DNA of 64,000 bases from the NCBI GenBank assembly GCA_963789265.1, contig CAWBKB010000001.1:672001-736000 (forward strand), in the 5' to 3' direction. Both the position numbers and the translations under genes were made by a program. This DNA comes from an uncultured delta proteobacterium. Lineage in GTDB: Bacteria; Desulfobacterota; Desulfomonilia; Desulfomonilales; Desulfomonilaceae. Within the stretch, counting starts at the first letter, position 1, and every line of letters begins with the position of its first letter. Under the pieces are notes generated by a model. It had not been told where the DNA came from, made no database searches, and worked only from the letters and a program-made list of their open reading frames with translations. Below are positions 1 through 9,680 of this stretch, in pieces.

Positions 1-272
1 AGGCAGTACGCGCCCTCGACGCCATCATGCTCGGCTAAAAGGAACAGCGCAGCCTCCTTGTAGGGCAGGCTGAAATTGGTCTTCGGGTAGTCAGCCACAA
101 AAGCTGAGGCAATAGATTTTTCAGTCGGTTTCAACGGCATGGGCAGAAGGCTCTTGATAATCTCGGGCTTGGTCTCCCAGACAACCATCAGCATCTCGGC
201 ACCGTAAAACTCGGGTCGCCTACCAGCCATGGCCATTACTTCCTCAGGCGTTTCTGATAAATTCCATTGCAT
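1..272 (-). CDS. Acetoacetate decarboxylase (ADC)-family protein, N-terminal part (runs off the window edge)
   Basis: Hand translation gives ...TPEEVMAMAGRRPEFYGAEMLMVVWETKPEIIKSLLPMPLKPTEKSIASAFVADYPKTNFSLPYKEAALFLLAEHDGVEGAYCL. GGAGG RBS near 276-280. Start is ambiguous: ATG 272 is in frame, ATG 267 needs a 1-nt indel. Confidence 0.75.
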   Translation of the reverse strand, partial: MQWNLSETPEEVMAMAGRRPEFYGAEMLMVVWETKPEIIKSLLPMPLKPTEKSIASAFVADYPKTNFSLPYKEAALFLLAEHDGVEGAYC

Positions 273-819
273 TCACCTCCTAATCTTGGTGTCCTGGATT
301 ATGCGCTTAGCGCGGTATAGATTGTCGTACGAGTCGTAACACGGGTGCTTACAAATAACGGACAGGGTCCTCTTCGTCGAATGTAAACGCCACACCTCTG
401 TAACCATGCGAGGCTCCATTCCTTTTCTGCGACGTTCGCCGCGTTCTCTACATCCGATCGAAATCAAGTTGTCCGCCCGACCGGAGGACGAATTGAGGTT
501 GCTCTGTTTTCGTTCGATTTCCAGGCAGGACGGCGTTTATGGCACTGTTATACTTCGTCCAAGAGTATACGCCGTTTAGACTGACACTATATACAGGCCA
601 TGTCAAGCGAAAAGTCGAAACTCACGTTTTGAACCGGTCCGTTGCTTTTGCCCTCATGATTAGCTATGTTAAAAGATAATTTTCTGAAATACATGAGACA
701 GGCAGTTTCATGCCGGGCCCTTGGCCTTGAAAGGGTGCAGTAACCATGACTGTTAGGTTCGTACATAATCATCCAGTGTTCAAAACGGTTCTCAGAGGAA
801 ACGAGGAGTGGCATCCGGA

Positions 820-1422
820 ATGAACAGGTGGGAAAGAAGAAAACAAGAAACGCGGAAGAAGATCGTCAACATTGCCATGGTTCTCTTCCGCAAACAAGGG
901 TTTGGCGCCACTTCGATGGAGCAGATAGCGCTGGAAGTCGACATCGCCAAAGCCACCCTCTACAGTTATTTCAATGTAAAAGAGGCGATCGTAAGCGAGT
1001 ACATCGAGCAGAGCCTCAGAGAATCCGAGCCGGAGATCGACGGCCTTCTTCAGACCTTACCCGACACCAGGTCGAGGCTGGTTGCCGTGGCGGAAAAAGC
1101 GGCCGCGTGGATAGTGTTGCATAAGGATATTCTACAAATATATATCACTTACCGTCTCCAGAATCTCCAGGAAGAAATTAAGGACCGAAGCAAAAGGAGC
1201 GAACTGGAGAATGCCTTTGCGAAAATCATTAGAGCCGGCCAGGATTCGGGAGACCTCCGGACGGATATTAGGAGCGAAATTTTGGCAAAGTATCTTAACC
1301 TCATGCACGGGGCGGCGGTGATGAGCTGGTTGCTTGATCAGGTGAATAATCCCCTCTTAGACAGCCTTTCCAAGGCTTATGACCTATTCCTAACGGGTGC
1401 GTGCACTCGTGCGCCGCGGTGA
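820..1422 (+). CDS. TetR/AcrR-family transcriptional regulator
   Basis: N-terminal HTH (LFRKQGFGATSMEQIALEVDIAKATLYSYF); divergent from the ADC-family gene. Confidence 0.9.
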   Translation: MNRWERRKQETRKKIVNIAMVLFRKQGFGATSMEQIALEVDIAKATLYSYFNVKEAIVSEYIEQSLRESEPEIDGLLQTLPDTRSRLVAVAEKAAAWIVLHKDILQIYITYRLQNLQEEIKDRSKRSELENAFAKIIRAGQDSGDLRTDIRSEILAKYLNLMHGAAVMSWLLDQVNNPLLDSLSKAYDLFLTGACTRAPR

Positions 1423-1783
1423 GACTTACGGTTAGGAAAACGCGGTAGCAGCCACCCAAATGTCATCGTTTTCTTGCGGAACATCCACCCGCTGACAAAC
1501 AATCTATTCGGCAGAATTTTCCTCACTTTTTCTCGGTCCGGCAGTTCGATGGAAGGGCAGGGACTCCCCCGCATAGGCGTTAAAATGAGGCATGCCTTGC
1601 AACCTTATGAGCCTCAGAGGGGCGCCGAGATAGTAGCCCGGCAATTCATTGCCGGGTAAGCGACCAATTATATATTGGTTCCGCGTCCCATAGGGACGCT
1701 TGAAGGTTTGATTTTTAGGATCACATTCGGCCGTCCCTATGGGACGCATGGGTTCTCTTTTTGGCCTCTTTCCCGGCGCTGAA

Positions 1784-3459
1784 GAGAGTGTCTCAAAACG
1801 GTTGTAGTGGCACGATGACGACTCTCGGGGTGGTAGGGTGCGGTTAATCTCGCACCTTGGCCTCCCTTGTCTCCGACGAGCCGGGGCCGGCTATGAGTAT
1901 GCCTCAGGCAGCCATGAGTCACTCTCCGTCCTGATGTCTTAGGCCGCGGTTAGCACCAGACGCCCCGTCAGCCAATGGCTGTAGAGCTTCTTGAGATTCA
2001 AGGTGGCGCACATCAAAGACCATTGAGCCCTCGCATTGGATAATCCGGACACGGTCCACCGTCTAAAGTCCAAGTGGCTCTTTATCCATGCAAAGACCGG
2101 CTCAATGATCACCTTGCGGGCTCGGAGTAGCGTCTTGCTTTCCGGGACCTCCCGTTTCTTGCGGTGGCGCTCAACTGCGTCACGATAGATGTTAATGTCT
2201 ATGAGACGGCCATTCTTGCTCTTGCTGCACTTCCACCGTTCAGGACACGTCAAGTAGTCCCGGCATCGATACCGCCGGATCTCGTTTCCGTTTTTTCCTG
2301 TGACTTTCTTCTGAAGAAAGTTCAGCGATGCGCCTTGCGGACAAATACAGACGTCTCGCTCTTGGTCGTAGACGAACTGGGAAGCGTGATAAGGGTCCCA
2401 TTGAGCGCCTTTTTCCGCAGCGGACTCTCCCGACGACTTGGCGACCAAGACCTCGTACTCCTTCTCTTCGGCCAACACGATTTGAGCCGATGCGAAGTAT
2501 CCTGCGTCCGCCACGGTTTCCTCTGCGGTTGCGCCCAAATTTTCCTGAACTCGATCCAGCATGGGAACAAGCTGCCCATTGTCATTGCCTTCGTCGACCA
2601 CTTCCTCAGCCACAATCATGCCGCTTTGTTGGTCTGCCACCGCTTGAGCATTGTAAGAGGGCTCAGTAGACCGCCGGTTCTTCATGTACCGGGCATCCGG
2701 CTCGCAGGGATGGACGACCTTCTTGTCAGTCTTATCCAATTCCTGCAAGGCCTTCTGTATCCGCTCCTTGCGTTTCAACTCGTCCTGAAGGGCTTCGGGA
2801 AGACGCCATTCGCCGCCCTCCTCTTGCTCGCACCTCTCTGTCTCCGTCATGACGTCGGCAACGCACTTGTCCAAATTCTCAAGCATCCGCTCCAACTGAT
2901 CTTGGTTCTTGAACTTCTCCCGAGATGATCCGACAGGGATCTTGGTTCCATCCAATGCATGAACCGCCATACCTATCAACTCGGCTTTGACTGCCACTTG
3001 AACCGATTGTTTGAATATTCCCTTGAAAACCTTCTTGTTGTCCCTCCAGAATCGCCACAGGGTATTATGATCCGCTGCATTCATACCCGTCAGCCAAATC
3101 AATCCCATGTTCTCCATGCATGCCTTCTCAAGCTTGCGCGATGACCTGATTCTGCTGAAATAGCCGTAGAGCCATGCCTTCAACAAAAGATCGGTACTAT
3201 AGGGAGGACGGCCCGTTTCGCCATTCGGAACTCGAAAACCCAGCACCTCCAAATCCAAGGAATCCACAAAGTCTCCTATGAAGCGCGCTGGATGATCAGG
3301 CCCTATCCAGTCATCTATAGCGGGCGGAAGCAGAAACACCTGCTTGTAGTCGGCTCTGATTTGCGGCATAATCCTTTCCCTCTCCGATTCTCTTTTCACA
3401 TCTCATTAGTAGAATCGGTTGAGAATCGCGAGCCCAAAATCGACTTTTGAGACAGTTTC
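1784..3459 (-). mobile_element. IS1182-family insertion sequence
   Basis: Imperfect TIRs GAGAGTGTCTCAAAA (1784-1798) and TTTTGAGACAGTTTC (3445-3459), 13/15 match, enclosing a single transposase. Confidence 0.85.
1939..3369 (-). CDS. IS1182-family DDE transposase
   Basis: LLPPAIDDWIGPDHPARFI and SSRKLEKAC (DUF772-like N-terminus), DGTKI, YNAQAVAD, ADAGY, IEPVFAWIK. Confidence 0.92.
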   Translation of the reverse strand: MPQIRADYKQVFLLPPAIDDWIGPDHPARFIGDFVDSLDLEVLGFRVPNGETGRPPYSTDLLLKAWLYGYFSRIRSSRKLEKACMENMGLIWLTGMNAADHNTLWRFWRDNKKVFKGIFKQSVQVAVKAELIGMAVHALDGTKIPVGSSREKFKNQDQLERMLENLDKCVADVMTETERCEQEEGGEWRLPEALQDELKRKERIQKALQELDKTDKKVVHPCEPDARYMKNRRSTEPSYNAQAVADQQSGMIVAEEVVDEGNDNGQLVPMLDRVQENLGATAEETVADAGYFASAQIVLAEEKEYEVLVAKSSGESAAEKGAQWDPYHASQFVYDQERDVCICPQGASLNFLQKKVTGKNGNEIRRYRCRDYLTCPERWKCSKSKNGRLIDINIYRDAVERHRKKREVPESKTLLRARKVIIEPVFAWIKSHLDFRRWTVSGLSNARAQWSLMCATLNLKKLYSHWLTGRLVLTAA

Positions 3460-3588
3460 TCAAGCGCCGGGCTACTATCAAAATGTCCCTACGGGACAAA
3501 CGCCTGGGGACCAACGGATGAACGTTATTTTAACGCCTATGACGGATTCCCCCCTTAATTGACGTTCGCCCACGCGGCCTCGGGTTCC

Positions 3589-5958
3589 TCAAGAAGCACG
3601 CTGTTGCGATTTCTCCAAATGGTAAGGATCTTGTGGATGAGGTCTCTGATGACCTGTCTTCGAGGCATACAGCGTCCAGTATTGCTCGAAGGATTTTGAG
3701 AATGATTTTGATTCGGTGGATCGGCGTGCAGCTTTGCCCATGCTGGTCCTGTCCAAGCTGAAGATCATCAGGCGCATGGCTTGAACGAGAGCTTCTTCGT
3801 CATCCGCAGGTACCACCAGCCCGTGGGCGCCATGGACCACGCTCTCACGGGGACCACCGACATTACTGACTATGCAGGGCAGCCCGGAGGCCATAGCTTC
3901 GACGACCACACGGCCGAACGTGTCCGTCGTGCTCGGAAACACAAAAAAATCCGCGGACGCATAAGCCTCGGCAAGTTCTTCGCCGTGAAGTTCGCCAGTG
4001 AACACAACCGGATAGCCGGCGCAATCCTGTTGCATCCGTTGGGCATAGGAACCGTGGCCCACGACTAGAAGAGATAGCCCGCAGGGGCGAGCCCCATTTT
4101 TGGAGATTTTCAAGAGATCCGTCAGTCGTCTAAACGCGCGCGCCAAAATAGGCAAATTCTTTTCGACGGAAACTCGTCCCACATATAATGCTTTGAGATG
4201 ATCCAGGGGCGTACTCCATTTGCGAGACCAATAGTCCGAGCGCTTCGTCGGACAAAATCGATCGCTGTCAACTCCCCTGGGATAGGCTTTCACTCGTTCC
4301 GGTTTCAATCCGCGTTCTATCAGATCGCGTCTTGTGTGCTCCGATGGTGTGAAAACCATGTCGGCTGCATCGTAGAACCACAGACAGTACCTCCAGGCAA
4401 GCTCTTCGAGAAAATCGTCATCGGTGGCCTTGCCGACAAATTCCGGGACCTGTGTATGGTATACAGCTTGAAATGGGACCCCCAGCGTTTTGGCGATGAT
4501 CATGCCTGCCAATCCCACCGGTCCGGGGGTGGCGGCCTGAATGTGGGTGAACTGTTCTTTGTAGCAGTAATCCAACATCTTGAGGAGCGGCGGCCAACAA
4601 AGCTTCTGCTGCTCGAATCCCGGCGTGTCCATGACACCGAGCGGCTCAAACAGCTTCAGGCCGCGCCGATTGTTCTCGCCGACGCAAGATATTATCGTGT
4701 AATTCTTACCGGTTCGCATTGCTTCACCAAGCTGTTCGTCGAGCGTGCAGGATACTCCATCCACGGTCCCGAAAGTGTCGGTGAATTTAGCCACTTTTGT
4801 CTGGGGAGGGGCTGCAACCTTATATTGCTGAAGAATTTCAAGTCCCAGCGTACGCTGAGTTGCAAATTTCCCATACGATACGAAAGAAGGCGTAAGCAAT
4901 GCGTGCAAAGCCACGGGAAGGCCAAGAGTGGAGAAGAGCCCATAGAAGTTCCTTGAGGCAATATCTCCGAGGATCCTGTTTCCTAATTGCACAATGTGCT
5001 TATTCGTCGCAGCATCCAAAATTCGAAACCAATGTTCGCATGGCGGCAACTCTTCTTGGACAAGGGGCTCCATTTTCGCCAATTCACGACCAACGAATGC
5101 CAATGCTATTTCGCGGCCCCAGTTCATCGAACTCATGGCTTTGGTATTCTGCCAGAGTTTTCGGACGAACGATCGGCTGTGAATGGTTTCCGGCGGCAAC
5201 AAGTACCGATCCAAGACACTGAACGATCCTTTGGCCACTCCTGTTAGTTTGAGCCACTGCCATCCCACTGAGTAAATGTTCCACGCCAAGGTATGGGGTG
5301 TGGATGCCTCACCGCCTATCACCGCCTCACCTCGCCCGACCGCCTCAAAAAATTCCGTGAAAGAAGAGGCTCCGGGCACATCGGTCCAGATGCGCGCGAT
5401 TGTCAGAGAAGAATGATCGTCCGAGCCGCCCGTGAGTTTGTGGCCGGGCTGAACCTTCTCTAAAATGCTCCGAAGATACTGATTGGCTAAGATATCCTTT
5501 GCGCCGTTTATTTCCCAGGTGTCGAACAGCTCGAGCAGATAGGGGAAATGATCGGCTCTTAATCTCGAACCGGGGCTGAACAACGCATGTGCAAGAGAAT
5601 GTGCAATTCTATGCTTTCGGAGAAACGGGACCAACGTGGATATGTTTGATCTTATCCGCTGTATTCGCAGATGTTCATCCGGGGTAATATTGTAACATAC
5701 GACGTGCACCTTGCAGCCGTCGGATGGGAAATACGTAGTGTATTCACAACTGATAAAGACGTCGCTGTGATGGGATATGGCCAGGCAACCATCTATAGAG
5801 TTGTGATCGGTGATAGTCACCGCGTCCATTCCCCTGGCCTTGGCAATACGGTACAGATCTTCGGGTTCCGTATACGACTCTTGCGCTCCCAGTTGGCGCA
5901 AAATCCATTCACTGGGATGAGTGCTGTACTTGCTGTGAACGTGCAAATCTATACGCAT
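3589..5958 (-). CDS. PHP-domain / GT4 glycosyltransferase fusion
   Basis: IDLHVHS, TDHN and GGSDDH PHP motifs; C-terminal YVGRVSVEKN and PSTTDTFGRVVVEAMASG GT-B motifs; GGAGG RBS before ATG 5958. Confidence 0.88.
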   Translation of the reverse strand: MRIDLHVHSKYSTHPSEWILRQLGAQESYTEPEDLYRIAKARGMDAVTITDHNSIDGCLAISHHSDVFISCEYTTYFPSDGCKVHVVCYNITPDEHLRIQRIRSNISTLVPFLRKHRIAHSLAHALFSPGSRLRADHFPYLLELFDTWEINGAKDILANQYLRSILEKVQPGHKLTGGSDDHSSLTIARIWTDVPGASSFTEFFEAVGRGEAVIGGEASTPHTLAWNIYSVGWQWLKLTGVAKGSFSVLDRYLLPPETIHSRSFVRKLWQNTKAMSSMNWGREIALAFVGRELAKMEPLVQEELPPCEHWFRILDAATNKHIVQLGNRILGDIASRNFYGLFSTLGLPVALHALLTPSFVSYGKFATQRTLGLEILQQYKVAAPPQTKVAKFTDTFGTVDGVSCTLDEQLGEAMRTGKNYTIISCVGENNRRGLKLFEPLGVMDTPGFEQQKLCWPPLLKMLDYCYKEQFTHIQAATPGPVGLAGMIIAKTLGVPFQAVYHTQVPEFVGKATDDDFLEELAWRYCLWFYDAADMVFTPSEHTRRDLIERGLKPERVKAYPRGVDSDRFCPTKRSDYWSRKWSTPLDHLKALYVGRVSVEKNLPILARAFRRLTDLLKISKNGARPCGLSLLVVGHGSYAQRMQQDCAGYPVVFTGELHGEELAEAYASADFFVFPSTTDTFGRVVVEAMASGLPCIVSNVGGPRESVVHGAHGLVVPADDEEALVQAMRLMIFSLDRTSMGKAARRSTESKSFSKSFEQYWTLYASKTGHQRPHPQDPYHLEKSQQRAS

Positions 5959-6505
5959 TACCGCCTCCCACAAAAAATCATTCTATGGAATCGTCCGGGG
6001 CAGCAGTAGACCTTTGCCGGTCCGAGTTCCGAGTGAAGTCTGCGCTGAAAGCCGAGGAAAACATCGTGGTCCGTACCGCGCCCTGATGTTTCCGGTAGAT
6101 ATTCAGGACATTTGTCATCGGAGAGGCCGGTTTATTGCCTGTCACAGCAGACCCCCTCCATCACGAATGCCACGCTCACGCGTAGCTGACTTCGCTTGCC
6201 ACGGCCAGCCTTCCGCACTGCCACTTCTTGGTCGGATACTCCTATAAGGGGGCTCTGTTAGGTGGCCGTTAATCGCGTATTAGTTTTCGGTTGACCTTCA
6301 AATAGAGCATGGCAGATCAATGCATTTTCAAACAATCAAATACCGAGACGCCTCGGGGGCGGCCGAAGGCCGCCGCTGACTGCGTGCAGCCACCAGACTC
6401 GGTGAAATCTTTGCGAAATTATAAAGTTTTTATTATATGTTGCGGGATTACGCTTTGCCAACGCAGCCTTATGCCGTGCCCCCCTCGGTGACTTGTTATA
6501 AGCTG

Positions 6506-7291
6506 TTACAAATACAAATCTCCCTTAGTATAGAGAACTGCATTCCCCGCAATTCGTACCCGGTCCTGCAAGTATTCACAGAATAACTCACCACCCCGCT
6601 TTGACACTTGAATAGCATGCAAATGATTCTTGTTCAGTCGGTCAGCCCAATACGGAATTAGCGTGCAATGAGCCGAGCCCGTTACGGGATCTTCGGGGAT
6701 ACCGGCATTTGGCGCAAAGAACCGTGACACAAAATCTGATTCTTCACCCCTTGCAGTAACTATGATCGCTAAAGCATCTTTGATTTGTTTCAACTTTTCA
6801 AAATCAGGATTCATTTCTTTTATTACAGATTCGTTCTCAAAAACTGCCAAAATATCTCTGGATTTCAAAACTGCCAAAGGTTCTGCTCCGAGCGCTTCAG
6901 AGAGAATAGGAGATTTACCGGTAGGCTCAGGCTTTCTGGCCGGGAAATCCATAGACAGTAATTCGTCCAATTTAGAAACAGTTAACCGTCCGCTGGCCGT
7001 TTCAAAATTAACAGAGCGCAACGTGCTCTCGACAAAAGAAAAAACTACAAATGCGCTTGCAAGCGTAGCATGACCGCAAAGATCTATCTCGACTGTTGGA
7101 GTGAACCACCTGAGATCGTACCAACCTTTGGATTTTGGAACAAGGAACGCGGTTTCGGACAAATTATTCTCTGCCGCGACGGCCTGTAGCACATTGTCAG
7201 GAAGCCATGATTCCATGATGCATACGGCAGCAGGATTACCGCCAAACAACTTGCTTGAAAAAGCATCTACTTGATAAAAAGGTATTTTCAT
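6506..7291 (-). CDS. PhzF-family isomerase
   Basis: QVDAF..GGNPAAV, NLSETAF, LCGHAT, EDPVTGSAH. Confidence 0.92.
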   Translation of the reverse strand: MKIPFYQVDAFSSKLFGGNPAAVCIMESWLPDNVLQAVAAENNLSETAFLVPKSKGWYDLRWFTPTVEIDLCGHATLASAFVVFSFVESTLRSVNFETASGRLTVSKLDELLSMDFPARKPEPTGKSPILSEALGAEPLAVLKSRDILAVFENESVIKEMNPDFEKLKQIKDALAIIVTARGEESDFVSRFFAPNAGIPEDPVTGSAHCTLIPYWADRLNKNHLHAIQVSKRGGELFCEYLQDRVRIAGNAVLYTKGDLYL

Positions 7292-7488
7292 ATTGCATTT
7301 CCCTTGCTCGCGGCCTGTTCGCGGATCAAATGCGAGGCACTACACGGACATTTGCATTCGCCCGGAGAAAGCATTACGTGCCCCGCGGTATAGACCAAAA
7401 TTCCAGCGTACCCCGCTACACACCCGCGGTCAACCATAATCTTGGCAGCGATGTGACCATTCACTTATGCGGGGGATCTTCTGCACCT

Positions 7489-7621
7489 TGTCATTGCGAG
7501 GAGTGAAACGTGGGACAGGCTTCCAGCCTGTCTATTAGGGATGACGGGCAAGATGCCCGTCCCACCGGCAATCTAAGCGCCGTTTAAAGGAAAAGATTGC
7601 TTCGCTTTGCTCGCAATGACA
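7489..7621. repeat. Composite palindromic repeat (TGTCATTGCGAG...CTCGCAATGACA shell with an inner GTGGGACAGGC...GCCCGTCCCAC hairpin)
   Basis: Near-identical left ~85 bp at 26903-27038. Confidence 0.8.
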
Positions 7622-7820
7622 ATCTCTTCGCGCGCATAAGTGAATGGTTTCGCAGCGATGTATGCATTCAGTTACAGGCGGAATTTGAGGGTGGCTTCGT
7701 GGGGTGGGCTTTCTAGCCCGCCATTGAAACGGGGTTTCCCCGGCAGGCAGTCCCGCGCCTCGCGGGACTGCTCCGCAAGACTCAATGGTTTCGCAGCCAA
7801 GTTTCGGTCCCGGAAAAACC

Positions 7821-8186
7821 CTATCGCGAATAGATCTGACGCTGTCTATTCTGTTGCTGCCACAACAACCACTGCTGGCGGTCATTGATTTGTCTGGCCC
7901 GTTCCTGTCGCTGCCATATAAGCAACTGTTGGCGGTCGCTCATTTGTCTGGCCTGCTCCTGTTGTTGCCATTGCAGCCTCTGTTGGCGTTCGCTCGCCCG
8001 CCTTGCCTGTTCTTGCGCCTGCCATTGCAGCCATTGTTGGCGCTGGTACATTTGCCGCATCTGTTCCCCTTGAAGCCACGGCTGCGTCTGGGCTGCAATT
8101 GTAGTGGCTGAAATCGAAAAGGCAATGGTGAGTACGAGAATGATTCCCGACAGACGTGTCGCCAATTTCCCTCTTGTTGTTCTCAT
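7821..8186 (-). CDS. Secreted Gln/Trp-rich repeat protein
   Basis: Signal-peptide-like N-terminus followed by four 18-aa repeats RQQ(W/R/L)LxWQxQE(Q/R)AR. Confidence 0.65.
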   Translation of the reverse strand: MRTTRGKLATRLSGIILVLTIAFSISATTIAAQTQPWLQGEQMRQMYQRQQWLQWQAQEQARRASERQQRLQWQQQEQARQMSDRQQLLIWQRQERARQINDRQQWLLWQQQNRQRQIYSR

Positions 8187-8665
8187 GTTTGTGCCTCTTG
8201 CCTGTTAACCGCATCCCGCCTATGTGCAGACATTCCGCTTCTCGGTGCGCCTCCAGCAGAATGCACATACCGAGACCAAGTGGCTACTATCACAAATCCC
8301 GTTTGAGTTCAGCAACTAATCGGAGCCGATTCACACCGGGGGCACAGATTTGTAATACCGATGCGCTTTCAAAGAGGTGAGAATGGGCCGGTAGCAAACG
8401 GCACTGACCTGAGCACCATCATGGCGCCAGGTCAGTGGCACCCAACATCCAGTCAAGATCGGGTCCCGGGTGCCATCCCGCGTCCCGCGGGAGGCTTTGT
8501 CAGATCCGTGCCGTATTTCCTTGATTGTTCAGCGTTTGATCGCTCACTGGTATAAGGCGGCATTTCCTAAAAGCGGAAAATGATGCGAAGAACCTGGGAA
8601 AAAACGCTAGAATTGCCATGAAAACCTGTTATAGTACATTTTAGCGGTAGTGTTGGGACCTGGAG

Positions 8666-9388
8666 ATGGAAAGGCGCTTAATCATGTTACCCATCTGTAA
8701 TCCAATGCGGTCCGGCGCCGTGACCGGGAATGGACGAGCGCGAATCCTCGTTCGAGGAGTAATCTCGGTAGCATTTCTACTCTTGATCTTTGGCTTGCCC
8801 GATCTTTGCTTTTCCTGGACGGGCAGGGTGACGGAGGTTCTTCGCGGGGACTGGATAAAGGTAATACGGGACAACGGGAAGGTGGAGGCCGTCCGCCTTT
8901 ACGGAATTCACAGCCCCGGGGAAACACAGGCATTCGGGAATATGGCCAAGCGCTATACCGTCGGCCGTGTTTTGGGTAAGGTAGTTGACGTGCACCCCCT
9001 GATACGCGATCAGTTTGACAGAGTCATAGCCTGGGTTTTTGTGGACGGCAAGTGCCTGAACAAGGAACTCTTGAGACAAGGAATGACATGGTGGTACCGT
9101 AAGTTTTTGCCGTTTGAAACGAGTTTGGCAAAGCTGGAAGAAGGTGCCAGGAAAGCTGGGATAGGACTATGGGCGGACCCGCATCCCGTGCCGCCCTGGG
9201 AATTCAATGCCTTGTCGCCGAGTGTCCCGGCCGCTCCGGAAAAACATTCCACTATCGGGAGACGAGGGTCGGTAGCAGACGCTATCAGGGCTCAAACAGG
9301 GCCGGTTCGAAATCTGTTCGGAAAACAGGGCTCAGTGCGGGAACGACTTTCCGGACACAGGATCTCGGGCCAAGGAGGAACTCAGTAG
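8666..9388 (+). CDS. Thermonuclease (SNase)-family protein
   Basis: VRLYGI..P.E.Q.FG, RDQFDRVIA, NKELLRQG, EEGARKAGIGLW..PHPVPPWEF; hydrophobic leader; start uncertain. Confidence 0.85.
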   Translation: MERRLIMLPICNPMRSGAVTGNGRARILVRGVISVAFLLLIFGLPDLCFSWTGRVTEVLRGDWIKVIRDNGKVEAVRLYGIHSPGETQAFGNMAKRYTVGRVLGKVVDVHPLIRDQFDRVIAWVFVDGKCLNKELLRQGMTWWYRKFLPFETSLAKLEEGARKAGIGLWADPHPVPPWEFNALSPSVPAAPEKHSTIGRRGSVADAIRAQTGPVRNLFGKQGSVRERLSGHRISGQGGTQ

Positions 9389-9680
9389 TCTTCGTCCGTC
9401 TGCAAGTTCAATTGTTTCAAGGCCGCCGCACATTCATTTAGCGCTGTTGCTTTAAGAAAGCGGTATTATTCTCTTTACAACCCGATCGTACACTTCATTG
9501 AAAGCGAAATAGCATCGGCTCATATTCACCAGACATCGGATTGGTATCGCTGTTATGCAGAAGAGGCATGGCCGTACGGTCCGAGGCCCAAGCGTTTCGT
9601 CATCATGAGCGTGCCGGTCGCTTGTTAGGCGGTGATGCCCTCCTTTCCGAGCTTGAGTCAATCCGAAGTTGTCTTCCTTG

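Larger units (their letters stand above)
1572..3541 (-). mobile_element. ~290-bp MITE-like palindromic element, interrupted by IS1182
   Basis: Perfect 15-bp terminal inverted repeat CATAGGCGTTAAAAT (1572-1586) / ATTTTAACGCCTATG (3527-3541). With the IS removed, the two halves align along their length to the copy at 37265-37553. Confidence 0.8.

Noticed and set aside
2164..2928. 254-aa + strand ORF, and similar long antisense ORFs (e.g. 4198-4956, 29268-30035)
   Set aside because: Shadows of well-supported genes on the opposite strand, with no recognisable motifs
7850..8060. Tandem ~54-nt periodicity as a possible CRISPR array
   Set aside because: Repeats are degenerate, contiguous and codon-structured, with no unique spacers and no cas genes
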